From NCBI GenBank assembly GCA_964535515.1, contig CAZHTA010000006.1:1-57026 (forward strand): a stretch of DNA of 57,026 nucleotides, in the 5' to 3' direction. The stretch comes from an uncultured Gammaproteobacteria bacterium. Lineage in GTDB: Bacteria > Patescibacteriota > Patescibacteriia > Magasanikbacterales > GWA2-37-8. The first letter of the stretch is position 1. Each line of letters opens with the position of its first letter. Positions 9,666 to 19,355 of the stretch are shown in pieces. The notes beneath the pieces were generated by a model. That model was not told the DNA's origin. It ran no database searches and was given only the letters and a program-made list of their open reading frames with translations. A program made the position numbers and the translations under genes.

Positions 9666-12038
9666 TTAGGACAGCTCCTTATCTCCCTCTTTCTTTTTCA
9701 TACCAACCAAAGGTAAGTCTACATAAAAAGTCGTTCCTTTATTTTCAACCGATTCAAACCACACTTTACCACCACTATGTTCGACAATTGACTTGATTAA
9801 ATACAACCCCAAACCGGTTCCTTCTGTGTCTGCTGCCCGTACGTTATCAGCTCTAAATAACTTAGTAAATATTCTATCTTGTTGAGCGACCGGGATACCA
9901 ATCCCTGTATCAGCCACCATAATTTCAAACATTTTGTCTTTAATTTTAATTTCTAATTTTATTTTACCTTTTTCCGGCGTATATTTTACAGCGTTAGAAA
10001 GAAGATTTTGAAATATAATTCCCATCAGCTTTTCATCTAACATCATTTCTTTTAGATTTTTATCATAAATTTTCTTAAAAACCTGTTTCTTTTCAGATAT
10101 CTTGTGGTCTAAGTCAGCTATTGCCTGATCGGCTATTTTAGTGACATCAGTTATTTTCGGCTCAACCACAAAAGTTCCTAATTCTAAACGGGAAACATTC
10201 AAGAGCGAATTGACCAACTCTACCATCCTTTGGTTGCCCCGATATATTTCTTGTAAATAATCAGCTTGTTCTGGTTTAAGTTTCCCAGCGTCACCATTAA
10301 TTAACATCTCAGCATACCAATTAATCGTAGAAAGTGGTGTACGTAGCTGGTGCGAGGCTAGCGACACAAACTCAGTCTTGGCTTGGTCGATTTGTTTTTC
10401 TTTAGTGATATCACGTTCAATACCCACAAAAAACAATATTTTACTATCCGCATTTAGTACTGGAGAAATACTGACAAGGGCATTATATAATTCTCCGTTT
10501 TTTCTCCTATTTTGTATCTCTCCAATAAACGTCTTTTTCTTGCTTTTTATCGTATCCCAAAGCTTTTGATAATACTCGAGTGACATTGGTACCCTCCAAA
10601 GTACACCAGCCTTTTTACCCAACGCTTCTTCCGGTTTGTAGCCGGTGATCTTTTGTATTGCTTTATTCCCATAAATTACAATCCCATCTGGGTCAGTAAT
10701 AACGATATGGTCAGAGACATTATCTACAGCTAACTTAAATTTTTCTAAATCATTAGCAAAACTTTCTGCGTTATTTTTTTCTTTTTCTATATCTTCTAAA
10801 ATATTTAAAATAGCTTTCTTTTGAGCGTCGAGCGCCTTATTTTTATCATTAATACTGCTCGTCTGTTCTTCTACTTTTTCCTCAATCGTATTTTTAAATT
10901 GCTCGACCTCCATCGTCATAGCATTAAAGGCTCCGGCCAAAGTACCCATTTCATCTTTAGAATCAATATTTACCCTATAGCCAAAATCACCTTGCCTTAT
11001 CTTATTAGTCGCTAATTCCAAATCAATAATTGGTTTAGTAATTATCTTGGAGATCAAAGAACCAATTATAAAAAAAATAAATATCGCACCTAATAAAATT
11101 AAGGAATTGGCCACTGTTAAGATAACTCTAAAGCTTAAAGCATCTGCTCTGTCTACTTTGGTAATTAAACACCAACCAGCTTCTGGAATATAGGCGTGAG
11201 TGCCTATAACATCTATATTTCGATAATCTAAATTCTCCACTAATTGATTGCCAAATTTTTCTTTTAAGCCTGAGTAGCCATTTTTATTTACATACTCTAC
11301 TTCTTGTGGATCGTAGCAATCGCTAACATTCTTAGTGTCAATTTTCTCTTTAAGAATAAAATCCTTATTCAAAAAACGAGAAGGAGTGATGAGCAATTTA
11401 TCACTGTTAACTAAAAAATGTTCCTCAGTATCACCTAAACCATTTTCATTTTTAACAATTGAGTAAAAGTAGTCTGGTTTATATCTCAGCAATGAAACAC
11501 CCAACAAACTACCATCGCTGTCTTTTATTGGGGTAGACACAGCATATGTTAATTCTTTGTTATCCAAAAAATAAACATCCTTAATAAATGTCCCTTCCTT
11601 TCCTTCTATAAAATATTCATCAGTAGATTCATCCCCTCCCTCCTCCTCTGGATCTGACGAAACTAATATTTTTCCATCCAAACCAATAATATCTAACTCA
11701 ATAATATTTGGATCGGCGACCATAGTCCGTGCAAATCCCTTGATAATTTTTTCCTTTATTATCGGATATTGCGCGCTATTTATTGGTTCTTTTAGAAAAT
11801 CTAAATAGACTGAGGCGGCCGACAAAATAACCGCCACCTTTTTCTGATCTTGAATAAACGTTCTAACATGTTCCGCCCTCGCTCGACTACTCGATTGAAG
11901 ATAAGAATAAATATTATTTTTAACCAAGTTTGTCGCATAGGTCCCCATAAAAGCTGCGATGAGAGCGCCTATTAACAAAAAAATAATTAAAAAACTGACA
12001 TTTATTTTAGTACGAATCTTCATAAATATTTTTAACAA
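9666..12038 (-). CDS. sensor histidine kinase (extracytoplasmic Cache-like domain, HAMP, PAS, HisKA, HATPase)
   Basis: 790 aa with two TM segments around a roughly 270-aa external domain. HAMP (DEMGTLAGAFNAM), PAS (ITDPDGIVIYGNKA), H-box (SLASHQLRTPL) and G-boxes (DTGIGIP, GTGLGLYL) are present. Confidence 0.92.
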   Translation of the reverse strand: MLKIFMKIRTKINVSFLIIFLLIGALIAAFMGTYATNLVKNNIYSYLQSSSRARAEHVRTFIQDQKKVAVILSAASVYLDFLKEPINSAQYPIIKEKIIKGFARTMVADPNIIELDIIGLDGKILVSSDPEEEGGDESTDEYFIEGKEGTFIKDVYFLDNKELTYAVSTPIKDSDGSLLGVSLLRYKPDYFYSIVKNENGLGDTEEHFLVNSDKLLITPSRFLNKDFILKEKIDTKNVSDCYDPQEVEYVNKNGYSGLKEKFGNQLVENLDYRNIDVIGTHAYIPEAGWCLITKVDRADALSFRVILTVANSLILLGAIFIFFIIGSLISKIITKPIIDLELATNKIRQGDFGYRVNIDSKDEMGTLAGAFNAMTMEVEQFKNTIEEKVEEQTSSINDKNKALDAQKKAILNILEDIEKEKNNAESFANDLEKFKLAVDNVSDHIVITDPDGIVIYGNKAIQKITGYKPEEALGKKAGVLWRVPMSLEYYQKLWDTIKSKKKTFIGEIQNRRKNGELYNALVSISPVLNADSKILFFVGIERDITKEKQIDQAKTEFVSLASHQLRTPLSTINWYAEMLINGDAGKLKPEQADYLQEIYRGNQRMVELVNSLLNVSRLELGTFVVEPKITDVTKIADQAIADLDHKISEKKQVFKKIYDKNLKEMMLDEKLMGIIFQNLLSNAVKYTPEKGKIKLEIKIKDKMFEIMVADTGIGIPVAQQDRIFTKLFRADNVRAADTEGTGLGLYLIKSIVEHSGGKVWFESVENKGTTFYVDLPLVGMKKKEGDKELS

Positions 12039-12061
12039 CCAAACTTTCTAAAACCCTAAAA

Positions 12062-13051
12062 TTATAACTCACTTTTAGATTTTTTAAGTGTATTAAGTTC
12101 TTCCTTCAACTTAACCATCATTAATTCTCGACCAACCATCAAATTGTTTAATCTTTCTGACTCTTGTAATGCTCTTCTGATTTCAGCTTCAGATAACTCC
12201 AATTGTTTTGTCCTTGTCTCTACTTTTATTTCTAGATTTTTTTGTAAATCTACAAGATCTTTCTCAGATTGTTCGCGCTTCGTTATCTGCTGCCCAACCA
12301 CTATGTAAGAATAACCGGACATAATCATGACGAAAGCTGCCAACAATGCTATAACAAAAAATAAAATATTAGAAAATTTCAAATACTTCGCCACCTCACC
12401 TCCGGTACGATTTTCAAACATAACATAGAAATCATCAATCGGCTGCATGATCTCGGCTTTTGCTTTATAATAATTTTCATCATTCATTAACTTGTTGGCC
12501 AATATCGAATCTGGTTCCTTTTTGATTGTAAAATTACCATTTTCATCATCAAACAAGCCTTTCGTGGCGTTCATGGCAATTGTTTCGGCTTTTACTAAAT
12601 CATCAGAGTTTTTTTGTGCTAAAGCTAGTTTTTGAAATTCTGCTTCAGTAAAACCCTCTTTAACCATTAAATCATGCAAAGATACTGCTTCACCATCAGG
12701 ACGTGGCTTTTTACCGGCGACATCCACAAAATCCCAATAAACACGATCATAATCTACTGGACGTGGGACTTTGCCGTTGCGAATATCCAAAATAGTCTGA
12801 TAATTACGTTCGAATTCCGAGTTACCTGTCGCCACAAAGGCCCGCGCCATACGCGTAAGGTCATCCGAACTTTGACGCAATTCATCTGCTAGTTTATAAG
12901 AATTGAAATTAGTATCACGACTCTTAGCTAATTTAATTTGATTTTGATATAAAGAAAAAATAAGTATACCTAAGACAACAATCAAAAATAATTGGAAACC
13001 AAAAAGAACTGAAAAAGATCTTTTTAGAGAAATGTTAGTAAACTTATACAT
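12062..13051 (-). CDS. membrane-anchored sensor-like protein (helical periplasmic domain, second TM, coiled coil), no output domain
   Basis: 329 aa with the order TM, roughly 200-aa helical domain, TM, coiled-coil tail. It lies immediately upstream of the kinase gene on the same strand. Confidence 0.5.
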   Translation of the reverse strand: MYKFTNISLKRSFSVLFGFQLFLIVVLGILIFSLYQNQIKLAKSRDTNFNSYKLADELRQSSDDLTRMARAFVATGNSEFERNYQTILDIRNGKVPRPVDYDRVYWDFVDVAGKKPRPDGEAVSLHDLMVKEGFTEAEFQKLALAQKNSDDLVKAETIAMNATKGLFDDENGNFTIKKEPDSILANKLMNDENYYKAKAEIMQPIDDFYVMFENRTGGEVAKYLKFSNILFFVIALLAAFVMIMSGYSYIVVGQQITKREQSEKDLVDLQKNLEIKVETRTKQLELSEAEIRRALQESERLNNLMVGRELMMVKLKEELNTLKKSKSEL

Positions 13052-13133
13052 GCAATAAATTATTAGTACACTTAAAAAGAGATAACTACATCACAGCCAA
13101 CCATGATAACAAACATTACAAGCCAACATTAAC

Positions 13134-13165
13134 CAACACCCCAAATTTTTTGGGGTGTTAAAAAT
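13134..13165. terminator. hairpin downstream of the distal pilin gene
   Basis: AACACCCC-N9-GGGGTGTT. There is no clear U tract on either strand, hence the modest confidence. Confidence 0.4.
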
Positions 13166-13166
13166 A

Positions 13167-13661
13167 TTACCTCGACAAAACAATCTCTTCGCTATTCTCG
13201 TTTTCACAAGCGCGAATAAACAACGCACCATTATTCGCTATTTGTAAGGTATAGCCAGTATGGCCAACATCCCATGTTCCTTCACCATCCGGGCTAACCG
13301 GTACAGTTGAAAGATAGCCGCGCGATACTAAATCATTTACATTTACACAATATGAGCCACCAGTGACATCCGTATTACAGTGGTCATTATACGCTTGGCA
13401 ACCAGAAGTTTCGGTACCAATCATATAAACACCTGTACTTGTCCCCATGACAGCAACAGAAGGTAAATATGCCCCTCCATGATCAACTTGATCTAATTTA
13501 ATCGCATTCAATAGTTCGCTAACCTGCTGCCAACGAACACTATCACGCGAATCACGGAAACGCTTTAAAGGATCTAAGGCGACAAATACTATCACCGCCA
13601 AAATAGCCATAATAGCGACTACGATCAAAAGCTCAATTAAAGTAAATCCTTTTTTATTCAT
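13167..13661 (-). CDS. type IV pilin-like protein (prepilin N-terminal cleavage/methylation motif)
   Basis: 164 aa with a class III signal MNKKG/FTLIELLIVVAI (Glu at +5) and C-terminal Cys residues. Confidence 0.9.
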   Translation of the reverse strand: MNKKGFTLIELLIVVAIMAILAVIVFVALDPLKRFRDSRDSVRWQQVSELLNAIKLDQVDHGGAYLPSVAVMGTSTGVYMIGTETSGCQAYNDHCNTDVTGGSYCVNVNDLVSRGYLSTVPVSPDGEGTWDVGHTGYTLQIANNGALFIRACENENSEEIVLSR

Positions 13662-13670
13662 ATATAATAA

Positions 13671-14129
13671 TTATCTAGCCACTGAAATACCCGCTGGAGT
13701 ATGTTCAGGAGCACAAGCTCCAATTTTAACAGTACCATTGGCGTACTTAACAATATAATAACCAGTAGCTGCTGCTGTCCCATTACTTGGGTCCATCGGA
13801 ATTGAAGCTAAATAGCCACCTGTTACTAAAGCTGACAAATCTACACTTGCTGTGGTTGAGGCAGCAGCACAAGTACTTGTGGTTGTGCCAATCATAGCAG
13901 TAGTAGTATTTGCTAAACTACTAAGTGGCGACACATAAGTTCCTCTGTTATCAACCTGACTAATTTTAACAGCACTTAATATACCTGTTACATCTCCCCA
14001 ACGACGAGAATCACGTGAATCTTGGAAACGAGTTAACGGATCCAAAGCCACAAAAACCACACCAGCGATGATCGCGATGATCGCAATAACGATCAAGAGC
14101 TCGATCAATGTAAAACCTTTTTTATTCAT
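13671..14129 (-). CDS. type IV pilin-like protein (likely major pilin paralogue)
   Basis: 152 aa with MNKKG/FTLIELLIVIAI. The N-terminal roughly 55 aa are nearly identical to the adjacent pilin. Confidence 0.9.
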   Translation of the reverse strand: MNKKGFTLIELLIVIAIIAIIAGVVFVALDPLTRFQDSRDSRRWGDVTGILSAVKISQVDNRGTYVSPLSSLANTTTAMIGTTTSTCAAASTTASVDLSALVTGGYLASIPMDPSNGTAAATGYYIVKYANGTVKIGACAPEHTPAGISVAR

Positions 14130-14137
14130 AGGTTTTA

Positions 14138-14166
14138 ATATTAAACTAATTTATAAAGACAATCAA
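14138..14166 (-). promoter_or_regulatory. candidate pilin promoter placed for a (near-)leaderless transcript
   Basis: Minus strand TTGATT (14161-14166), 17-nt spacer, TAATAT (14138-14143). Only 8 nt separate the -10 from the ATG at 14129. Confidence 0.45.
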
Positions 14167-14193
14167 CAAAAGTGTTTTTGCTAGATTGTTTAA

Positions 14194-15231
14194 TTAAAAT
14201 TTTGGTATATCAGGATCAGTCTTATCCCATTTTTTTTCTATTCCCCGCAAAGCCAAACCAATTGCCTCAATATGAAACAAAGGAATCTTTTCTCCAATTG
14301 ACTTGGCTTTACCGATTTGTACTGCTAAACCTAAAGCTTTAGAAAAATATTCAACTAAACCAACTAACATACTTGAGCCACCAACTAAAACAACTTCTAA
14401 TATTTCTTTTCCGGTTTCTGTTTTGTAATTAGCAATACTTTGCTTCACTTCTTCGATGATTTTATTCAATTCTTTTTCTAAAACTCCAACGACTTTCTTG
14501 TCTCGACCTTTAAGACCAAACCTGACTTTTTCTATTTCTGCCTTAGGGAAATCTATCTCCTCTGCCTCAGCGATTGCACGAGTAAAATCATTACCAGCCG
14601 TATTTATTACATACTCATAATGCAGGCCACTCTCATCAAAAATACCAACAAAAGTACTAGTAGCGCCAATATCTAATACAACAACTGGTTTAGCGGGCGA
14701 ACTTATAAATAAATCCCTAAAAGTCGCCAAAATTTCTATATCAAAATTCTTTACTTCTAGTTTTAAATTCCTAAAAAACTGTGTCCACTCAGTGATCACC
14801 TCTTTCTTAGAGGCAACGGCCAATATTTCCACTTTTTCTTTTGTTTCTCCAAGAATTCGATAGGAATAAACCAAATTTTTACTTTCAATTGGTATGTTCT
14901 CCGCCAATTCTTTTTCGATGAGCACCTGCCTTTGGTTCTTGTCGTCAGTTGACAGATAGAAATGGTGAATAAAAGTCTGGCTCTCTGGTAAGCCAAAGTA
15001 TATTTCATTCATCTTAATTGCTTTGGGCTTAGCTTTGGTTAAGGCTTCTTTAACTGCCAATGCCAATTTCTCCGAATCTTTAATTCTCCCTTTTTCTACT
15101 ATTCCGGCTTCTAATTCTGCCCGGCCAAGACTTACCACTTTGCCTTTTCCAAAACTATCTTTTAACAAAGCTACCTCGATTGAGCTATCAGCTACATCCA
15201 CGCCAACAAATTTTTTACCAAATAGACACAT
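14194..15231 (-). CDS. pilM: type IV pilus assembly protein PilM (actin-like ATPase fold)
   Basis: 345 aa with VGVDVADSSIEVALL, VLDIGATST and VLVGGSS, which are typical PilM/FtsA-like phosphate motifs. Confidence 0.8.
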   Translation of the reverse strand: MCLFGKKFVGVDVADSSIEVALLKDSFGKGKVVSLGRAELEAGIVEKGRIKDSEKLALAVKEALTKAKPKAIKMNEIYFGLPESQTFIHHFYLSTDDKNQRQVLIEKELAENIPIESKNLVYSYRILGETKEKVEILAVASKKEVITEWTQFFRNLKLEVKNFDIEILATFRDLFISSPAKPVVVLDIGATSTFVGIFDESGLHYEYVINTAGNDFTRAIAEAEEIDFPKAEIEKVRFGLKGRDKKVVGVLEKELNKIIEEVKQSIANYKTETGKEILEVVLVGGSSMLVGLVEYFSKALGLAVQIGKAKSIGEKIPLFHIEAIGLALRGIEKKWDKTDPDIPKF

Positions 15232-15258
15232 AAAATAATTAAATATCCAACAAGCAAA

Positions 15259-15654
15259 CTAACTCTCAATTTCTTGCCAAGAATTAAGAGTTACTATTCC
15301 GTTATTAACCGTAACTAAAATCTGCAGTTTTTTATTAAAATTGTTTACGCCAGACAATACCGTAATCGTTCGGTTATTGCCATTGGCAACTACCTCTATT
15401 ATACACGATCCGTCAGCAAAACTCAAAGTTCCACCCGACCAACTCGCATTCAACTGCAACTGCCGGAGCGCTTCTTCACCACAACCAGTTGCAAAAGAAA
15501 AAGACTCTTGCCCTTTTTGAGCGGTGTAACCCATATCCATCTCCACCATACCCAAAATCGATGCACTAAAGGCAATGACTAAAACAGCAGCACTAACAAT
15601 GACAACTGTAAGAAGAGCGGCGACACCACGATTGTCAAATTTTAAATTCCTCAT
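15259..15654 (-). CDS. membrane-anchored pilus-cluster protein (PilX-like minor component?)
   Basis: 131 aa with an N-terminal TM (GVAALLTVVIVSAAVLVIAF) but no canonical G/FT..E cleavage motif. Confidence 0.5.
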   Translation of the reverse strand: MRNLKFDNRGVAALLTVVIVSAAVLVIAFSASILGMVEMDMGYTAQKGQESFSFATGCGEEALRQLQLNASWSGGTLSFADGSCIIEVVANGNNRTITVLSGVNNFNKKLQILVTVNNGIVTLNSWQEIES

Positions 15655-15656
15655 AG

Positions 15657-16166
15657 TTATTCTCTTAAGCTCGCACTGGTTTGTAAACTTTGTACAAATT
15701 GCAAATTAACATCTGTGCTAGTTACATATTGCACCGTTAAATTAATACCAATATTTTCTCGTGTACTACTAGCAGATAGGTTGGTAAAAACTAAGTTAGA
15801 CACCTGAACACGGCCAGTAGTTATCGTTGTTGTACTGGCGCTCCCCTCTTTAATTTGCAAACCACCATTAACGCCCGACAAGTTTATTATCGTTGGACTA
15901 AGCGTGCTACTGGCCATGGTTAAATACAAAACCCCAGGATTAGTATCAAAAACTGATTGAGTGGTGCTAACCGAACTGGCGGATTGAATTTTTTGTGTTA
16001 TCAAATTAATTGCTACTCGGGCATTGGCCTGCACCTCCTCTTGTGAATATGTTTTATTGCGCGCATTAGAGATGTTTAAACTAAAACTAATAAAAGTACC
16101 AATTATTCCACCAATAATGGCGATATATATTAAAGTTTCAACTAATGTAAAACCCTTTCTATTCAT
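15657..16166 (-). CDS. pseudopilin / minor pilin
   Basis: 169 aa with MNRKG/FTLVETLIYIAI. Confidence 0.85.
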   Translation of the reverse strand: MNRKGFTLVETLIYIAIIGGIIGTFISFSLNISNARNKTYSQEEVQANARVAINLITQKIQSASSVSTTQSVFDTNPGVLYLTMASSTLSPTIINLSGVNGGLQIKEGSASTTTITTGRVQVSNLVFTNLSASSTRENIGINLTVQYVTSTDVNLQFVQSLQTSASLRE

Positions 16167-16169
16167 ATC

Positions 16170-19100
16170 TTATTTATAATTAACCGTCATATCTCGAAAT
16201 ATTGGAGTGCCCACCCCATCTCCAATCAATTCCGCGCGATATTGTACCCATTGCCGCCAATTCAATGTTGTAGAAAGCAAGGTCTTTGCTGGATCAGCAT
16301 AATAGGTTCCTAGTCCGCCTACACCATACCAACCGCTCCAAACTCCTGGGCTGCCACCACTATCCGGCGCTACCCGAAGTTGTAACTTGACATCACAAGT
16401 AGCACAACCGCCAACATCTTCATTCCAACTTAAAATTTGTACTGGCGAACTATTGCTCATGTTATACGCTGAAGAAATAAAATAGGCGGTAGAGGCATAA
16501 CCACTACTACTACCTTCGCCCCAACCCACCCGTACATTATCTAACTCCACTAATTGACTGCCGTTACTAGACAGAAAAGCCTTAACCATTAATTTGCCAG
16601 TAGAAGTAGGAAAAGTAGAAATATTAGTATTGATATCGGTCGCGATATTATAGTTTGATCCACCGGCTGTTGTCCAAGCCACTCCATTCCAATACTGCCA
16701 AGTGGAGCCGTCATTGTCTGATAATTGATAATAAATCTCACCGCCATTTTTGGTAGCCGTCTCCACAAAAGTAGACCAACGATCTAAAGAAGTGGTGGCT
16801 ATACTTAAAGATGTAGAGGCACTGATTGTTGGTTTGTCTGTTGGATAAAGTGCCGCCCCTGTCCAAGTACAAGTTTGGGCAGTACAAGTGGATTGATTAC
16901 CATTACCACTACAAGGACTATGAGTCCCAGAACAAGAATTATTTTTTGTCCAAGTTAAAGATACATTGTCCCAGCCAACAGTATTGTTGGTATTTGGAGG
17001 GTTGCCAGTTGGTTTAATACGCCTAGCAACTAATTTTATGTAATAAGTGCCGGCGGTGGTCAATTTGGAAGCCACATTTAAATTGGAAACTGTGGCCCAA
17101 CCTGTTAAAGAAGTAACGTTCTGTGACCAAACTTGAGTACCAATTGTTGGGGCGCCAGCAAAATTATCTACAAAAACATAAATAATATAACTGGTTAAAA
17201 ATGTACCATTATAACTTTTTATACTCCAATTAAAATTAATGGTGGCAGTTTCTGGATTGTTCGCTGTGGTTGTAAAACTTTGTTGCCAATAACCAGAGGC
17301 AGTACCCGCCGCATTATTCCGACTAAGAGCAATATCTTTGTAATTTGTCGGGTTCCCTCCAGTCGTTGGACTACTACCACTAGCTCTGGCTCCATCTTCC
17401 CAATCTGCATACGTGCCCCAAGTCGTAGACCAAGCTGGTGAAGAACCAGAAGTTCCACCCCCCCAAAGACAATTGTTTTGTGCTGCACAAAGTGGCGAAG
17501 TGCCAAAAGTAGTACACGCACTGGGTATACCACCGCAAGATCCACCACCACCCTGATCTACCAAGCTGGCTTTGCCACTAGCCACAGTAATTTTTGCAGA
17601 ATTGTAAGTATAATCACCGGCAGTGGTAAAAGGCCAATCGTATTGTTTCTCACAACTAATTTGTACATTGTCCAAAATAACTTGCTGTGTTCCATCGCCA
17701 GATAAAAATGCTTTAAACATTATTTGTGCCGTTGTAGTGGTAAAACTACCGATATTAGTATTAATTACAGAAGCTGTGTTGTAGTTAGTTGCTCCGGCTG
17801 TTGCCCAAGCGCTACCACTCCAATATTTCCAAGTTGAACCACCATCAGAAGACAATTGATAACTCACTTCTCCGCCGTTTTTGGTAGCCGTTTCAACAAA
17901 ACTAGACCAGGCAGCAATCCCAGATACCGTGTGAGCGGCAACGGGATTAATAGTGGGACTGTCTGATGGATAACTACTCGCAGCATATACACTAGCCGGC
18001 GGAGTAAAACCGCTAGTCCAACGTGCGGTATTAGAAACTCGCACTTCATCAATTTTACCGTCAAAGTATGCTGTTACTCCTTCAAACTGAACTGCTGCTC
18101 CAATAAAAAAATCTGCGGGCTGATTTGAAATTCCACCACTATAATTATTCGAACCTTGCAAAACCCCATTAACAAAAATATAAAGTTTAGAACCATCATA
18201 AACTCCGGCCAAATGAACCCAAGAATTTAACGGCAAAGCAATGCTAGAAGTAACTCGAGAAGCTACAGAGCTAGTTCCATCCGGAGAAACATAGAAGATT
18301 GGGAGACTGTTTGAATCAAGTGTCAGATTGTAAGCTCGGCGATTTAAAGCCGAATTATCCCACTTACTAACAATCGATTGTTGGCTAACAGCGGCCGCTG
18401 TTTTGTAGACCCAAGCCTCAACTGTAATATTTCCCGTGATTCTTAAATTGGGTACTGTGGCATCAGTCCGATAACGCGCGCCATTGCCATTAAAATTGAC
18501 AGACGTGCTAAATTTACCTGATTGGTTATAAGTTGGGGCTGTACCACGTAAATTATCCAGATGGTAAGCGTTACTAGAAGAATCAATGAAATTTCCACTG
18601 GCTTCATCCAAATGCCAAATACCTACAGTATTAGCATCAATACCAGCAGTGCCACTACTCTCCAGCCGTGCCACGCTACTAGTCACTGTGATTTTACTTG
18701 GCGTGTAGGTATAATCAGCTGAATTATCGAAAGACCAAGACTTGGTACCACAACTACTTCCAGCATTTTTTAATTTCATTTCTCCCGCAGTACCAAAATC
18801 AACATTGCCATCATCGCTTTCATACTTATTCACATTAGACCAGATATTTTGACCATTTCCTCCGGTCCAATCGGTTTGTGTCCAATTTAACGAATCCCAA
18901 TTAGTCAAATACGTCACTTGTTGTACAGTATTAGTGGTATTTCTTACTGGCAAATCAACTCGCGAAATTACTTTTTTGGTTTGGATATCAGTATATGTTG
19001 CTGGACAATCAGCAATATTATTACTCCCATCACGACAGACTGGCCAAACACTAATTGTTCTCGTATAAGCACCGCTTTGACCGATCGTTCCTTCACCATC

Positions 19101-19352
19101 AAATACCCACTGTCCACTAGAAGTAGAAACTGTTGAAGTGGTAAAAATTAATTCATTCCAAGCTCGATCGCGAATAGCACGCACTGCCTCTACCCCCTCT
19201 TGAGCATAGACCTGTGCTTCTGTTTGTTCCCCCCCAACACTCAAAGAAACAAAACCACCAACTGACAAAGATGCCATCGCCGCACTAATTAAAGCAAAAA
19301 TAGCCATCGCTATAATTACCTCCAACAAGCTTTGTCCTTTGGTATTAACCAT
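16170..19352 (-). CDS. giant pseudopilin with a LamG (concanavalin-A-like) domain and repeated modules
   Basis: 1060 aa with the pilin-type N-terminus MVNTKG/QSLLEVIIAMAIF. The LamG-like region is about aa 240-445 (WVHLAGVYDGSKLYIFVNG...FDGKIDEVRVSN). Two roughly 100-aa repeats and two Cys-rich linkers are present. Confidence 0.85.
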   Translation of the reverse strand: MVNTKGQSLLEVIIAMAIFALISAAMASLSVGGFVSLSVGGEQTEAQVYAQEGVEAVRAIRDRAWNELIFTTSTVSTSSGQWVFDGEGTIGQSGAYTRTISVWPVCRDGSNNIADCPATYTDIQTKKVISRVDLPVRNTTNTVQQVTYLTNWDSLNWTQTDWTGGNGQNIWSNVNKYESDDGNVDFGTAGEMKLKNAGSSCGTKSWSFDNSADYTYTPSKITVTSSVARLESSGTAGIDANTVGIWHLDEASGNFIDSSSNAYHLDNLRGTAPTYNQSGKFSTSVNFNGNGARYRTDATVPNLRITGNITVEAWVYKTAAAVSQQSIVSKWDNSALNRRAYNLTLDSNSLPIFYVSPDGTSSVASRVTSSIALPLNSWVHLAGVYDGSKLYIFVNGVLQGSNNYSGGISNQPADFFIGAAVQFEGVTAYFDGKIDEVRVSNTARWTSGFTPPASVYAASSYPSDSPTINPVAAHTVSGIAAWSSFVETATKNGGEVSYQLSSDGGSTWKYWSGSAWATAGATNYNTASVINTNIGSFTTTTAQIMFKAFLSGDGTQQVILDNVQISCEKQYDWPFTTAGDYTYNSAKITVASGKASLVDQGGGGSCGGIPSACTTFGTSPLCAAQNNCLWGGGTSGSSPAWSTTWGTYADWEDGARASGSSPTTGGNPTNYKDIALSRNNAAGTASGYWQQSFTTTANNPETATINFNWSIKSYNGTFLTSYIIYVFVDNFAGAPTIGTQVWSQNVTSLTGWATVSNLNVASKLTTAGTYYIKLVARRIKPTGNPPNTNNTVGWDNVSLTWTKNNSCSGTHSPCSGNGNQSTCTAQTCTWTGAALYPTDKPTISASTSLSIATTSLDRWSTFVETATKNGGEIYYQLSDNDGSTWQYWNGVAWTTAGGSNYNIATDINTNISTFPTSTGKLMVKAFLSSNGSQLVELDNVRVGWGEGSSSGYASTAYFISSAYNMSNSSPVQILSWNEDVGGCATCDVKLQLRVAPDSGGSPGVWSGWYGVGGLGTYYADPAKTLLSTTLNWRQWVQYRAELIGDGVGTPIFRDMTVNYK

Positions 19353-19355
19353 AAA

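Noticed and set aside
16826-19136. Short ORFs within the giant pseudopilin gene
   Set aside because: They are embedded in a 1060-aa ORF with clear pilin and LamG features, so they are most likely chance frames.
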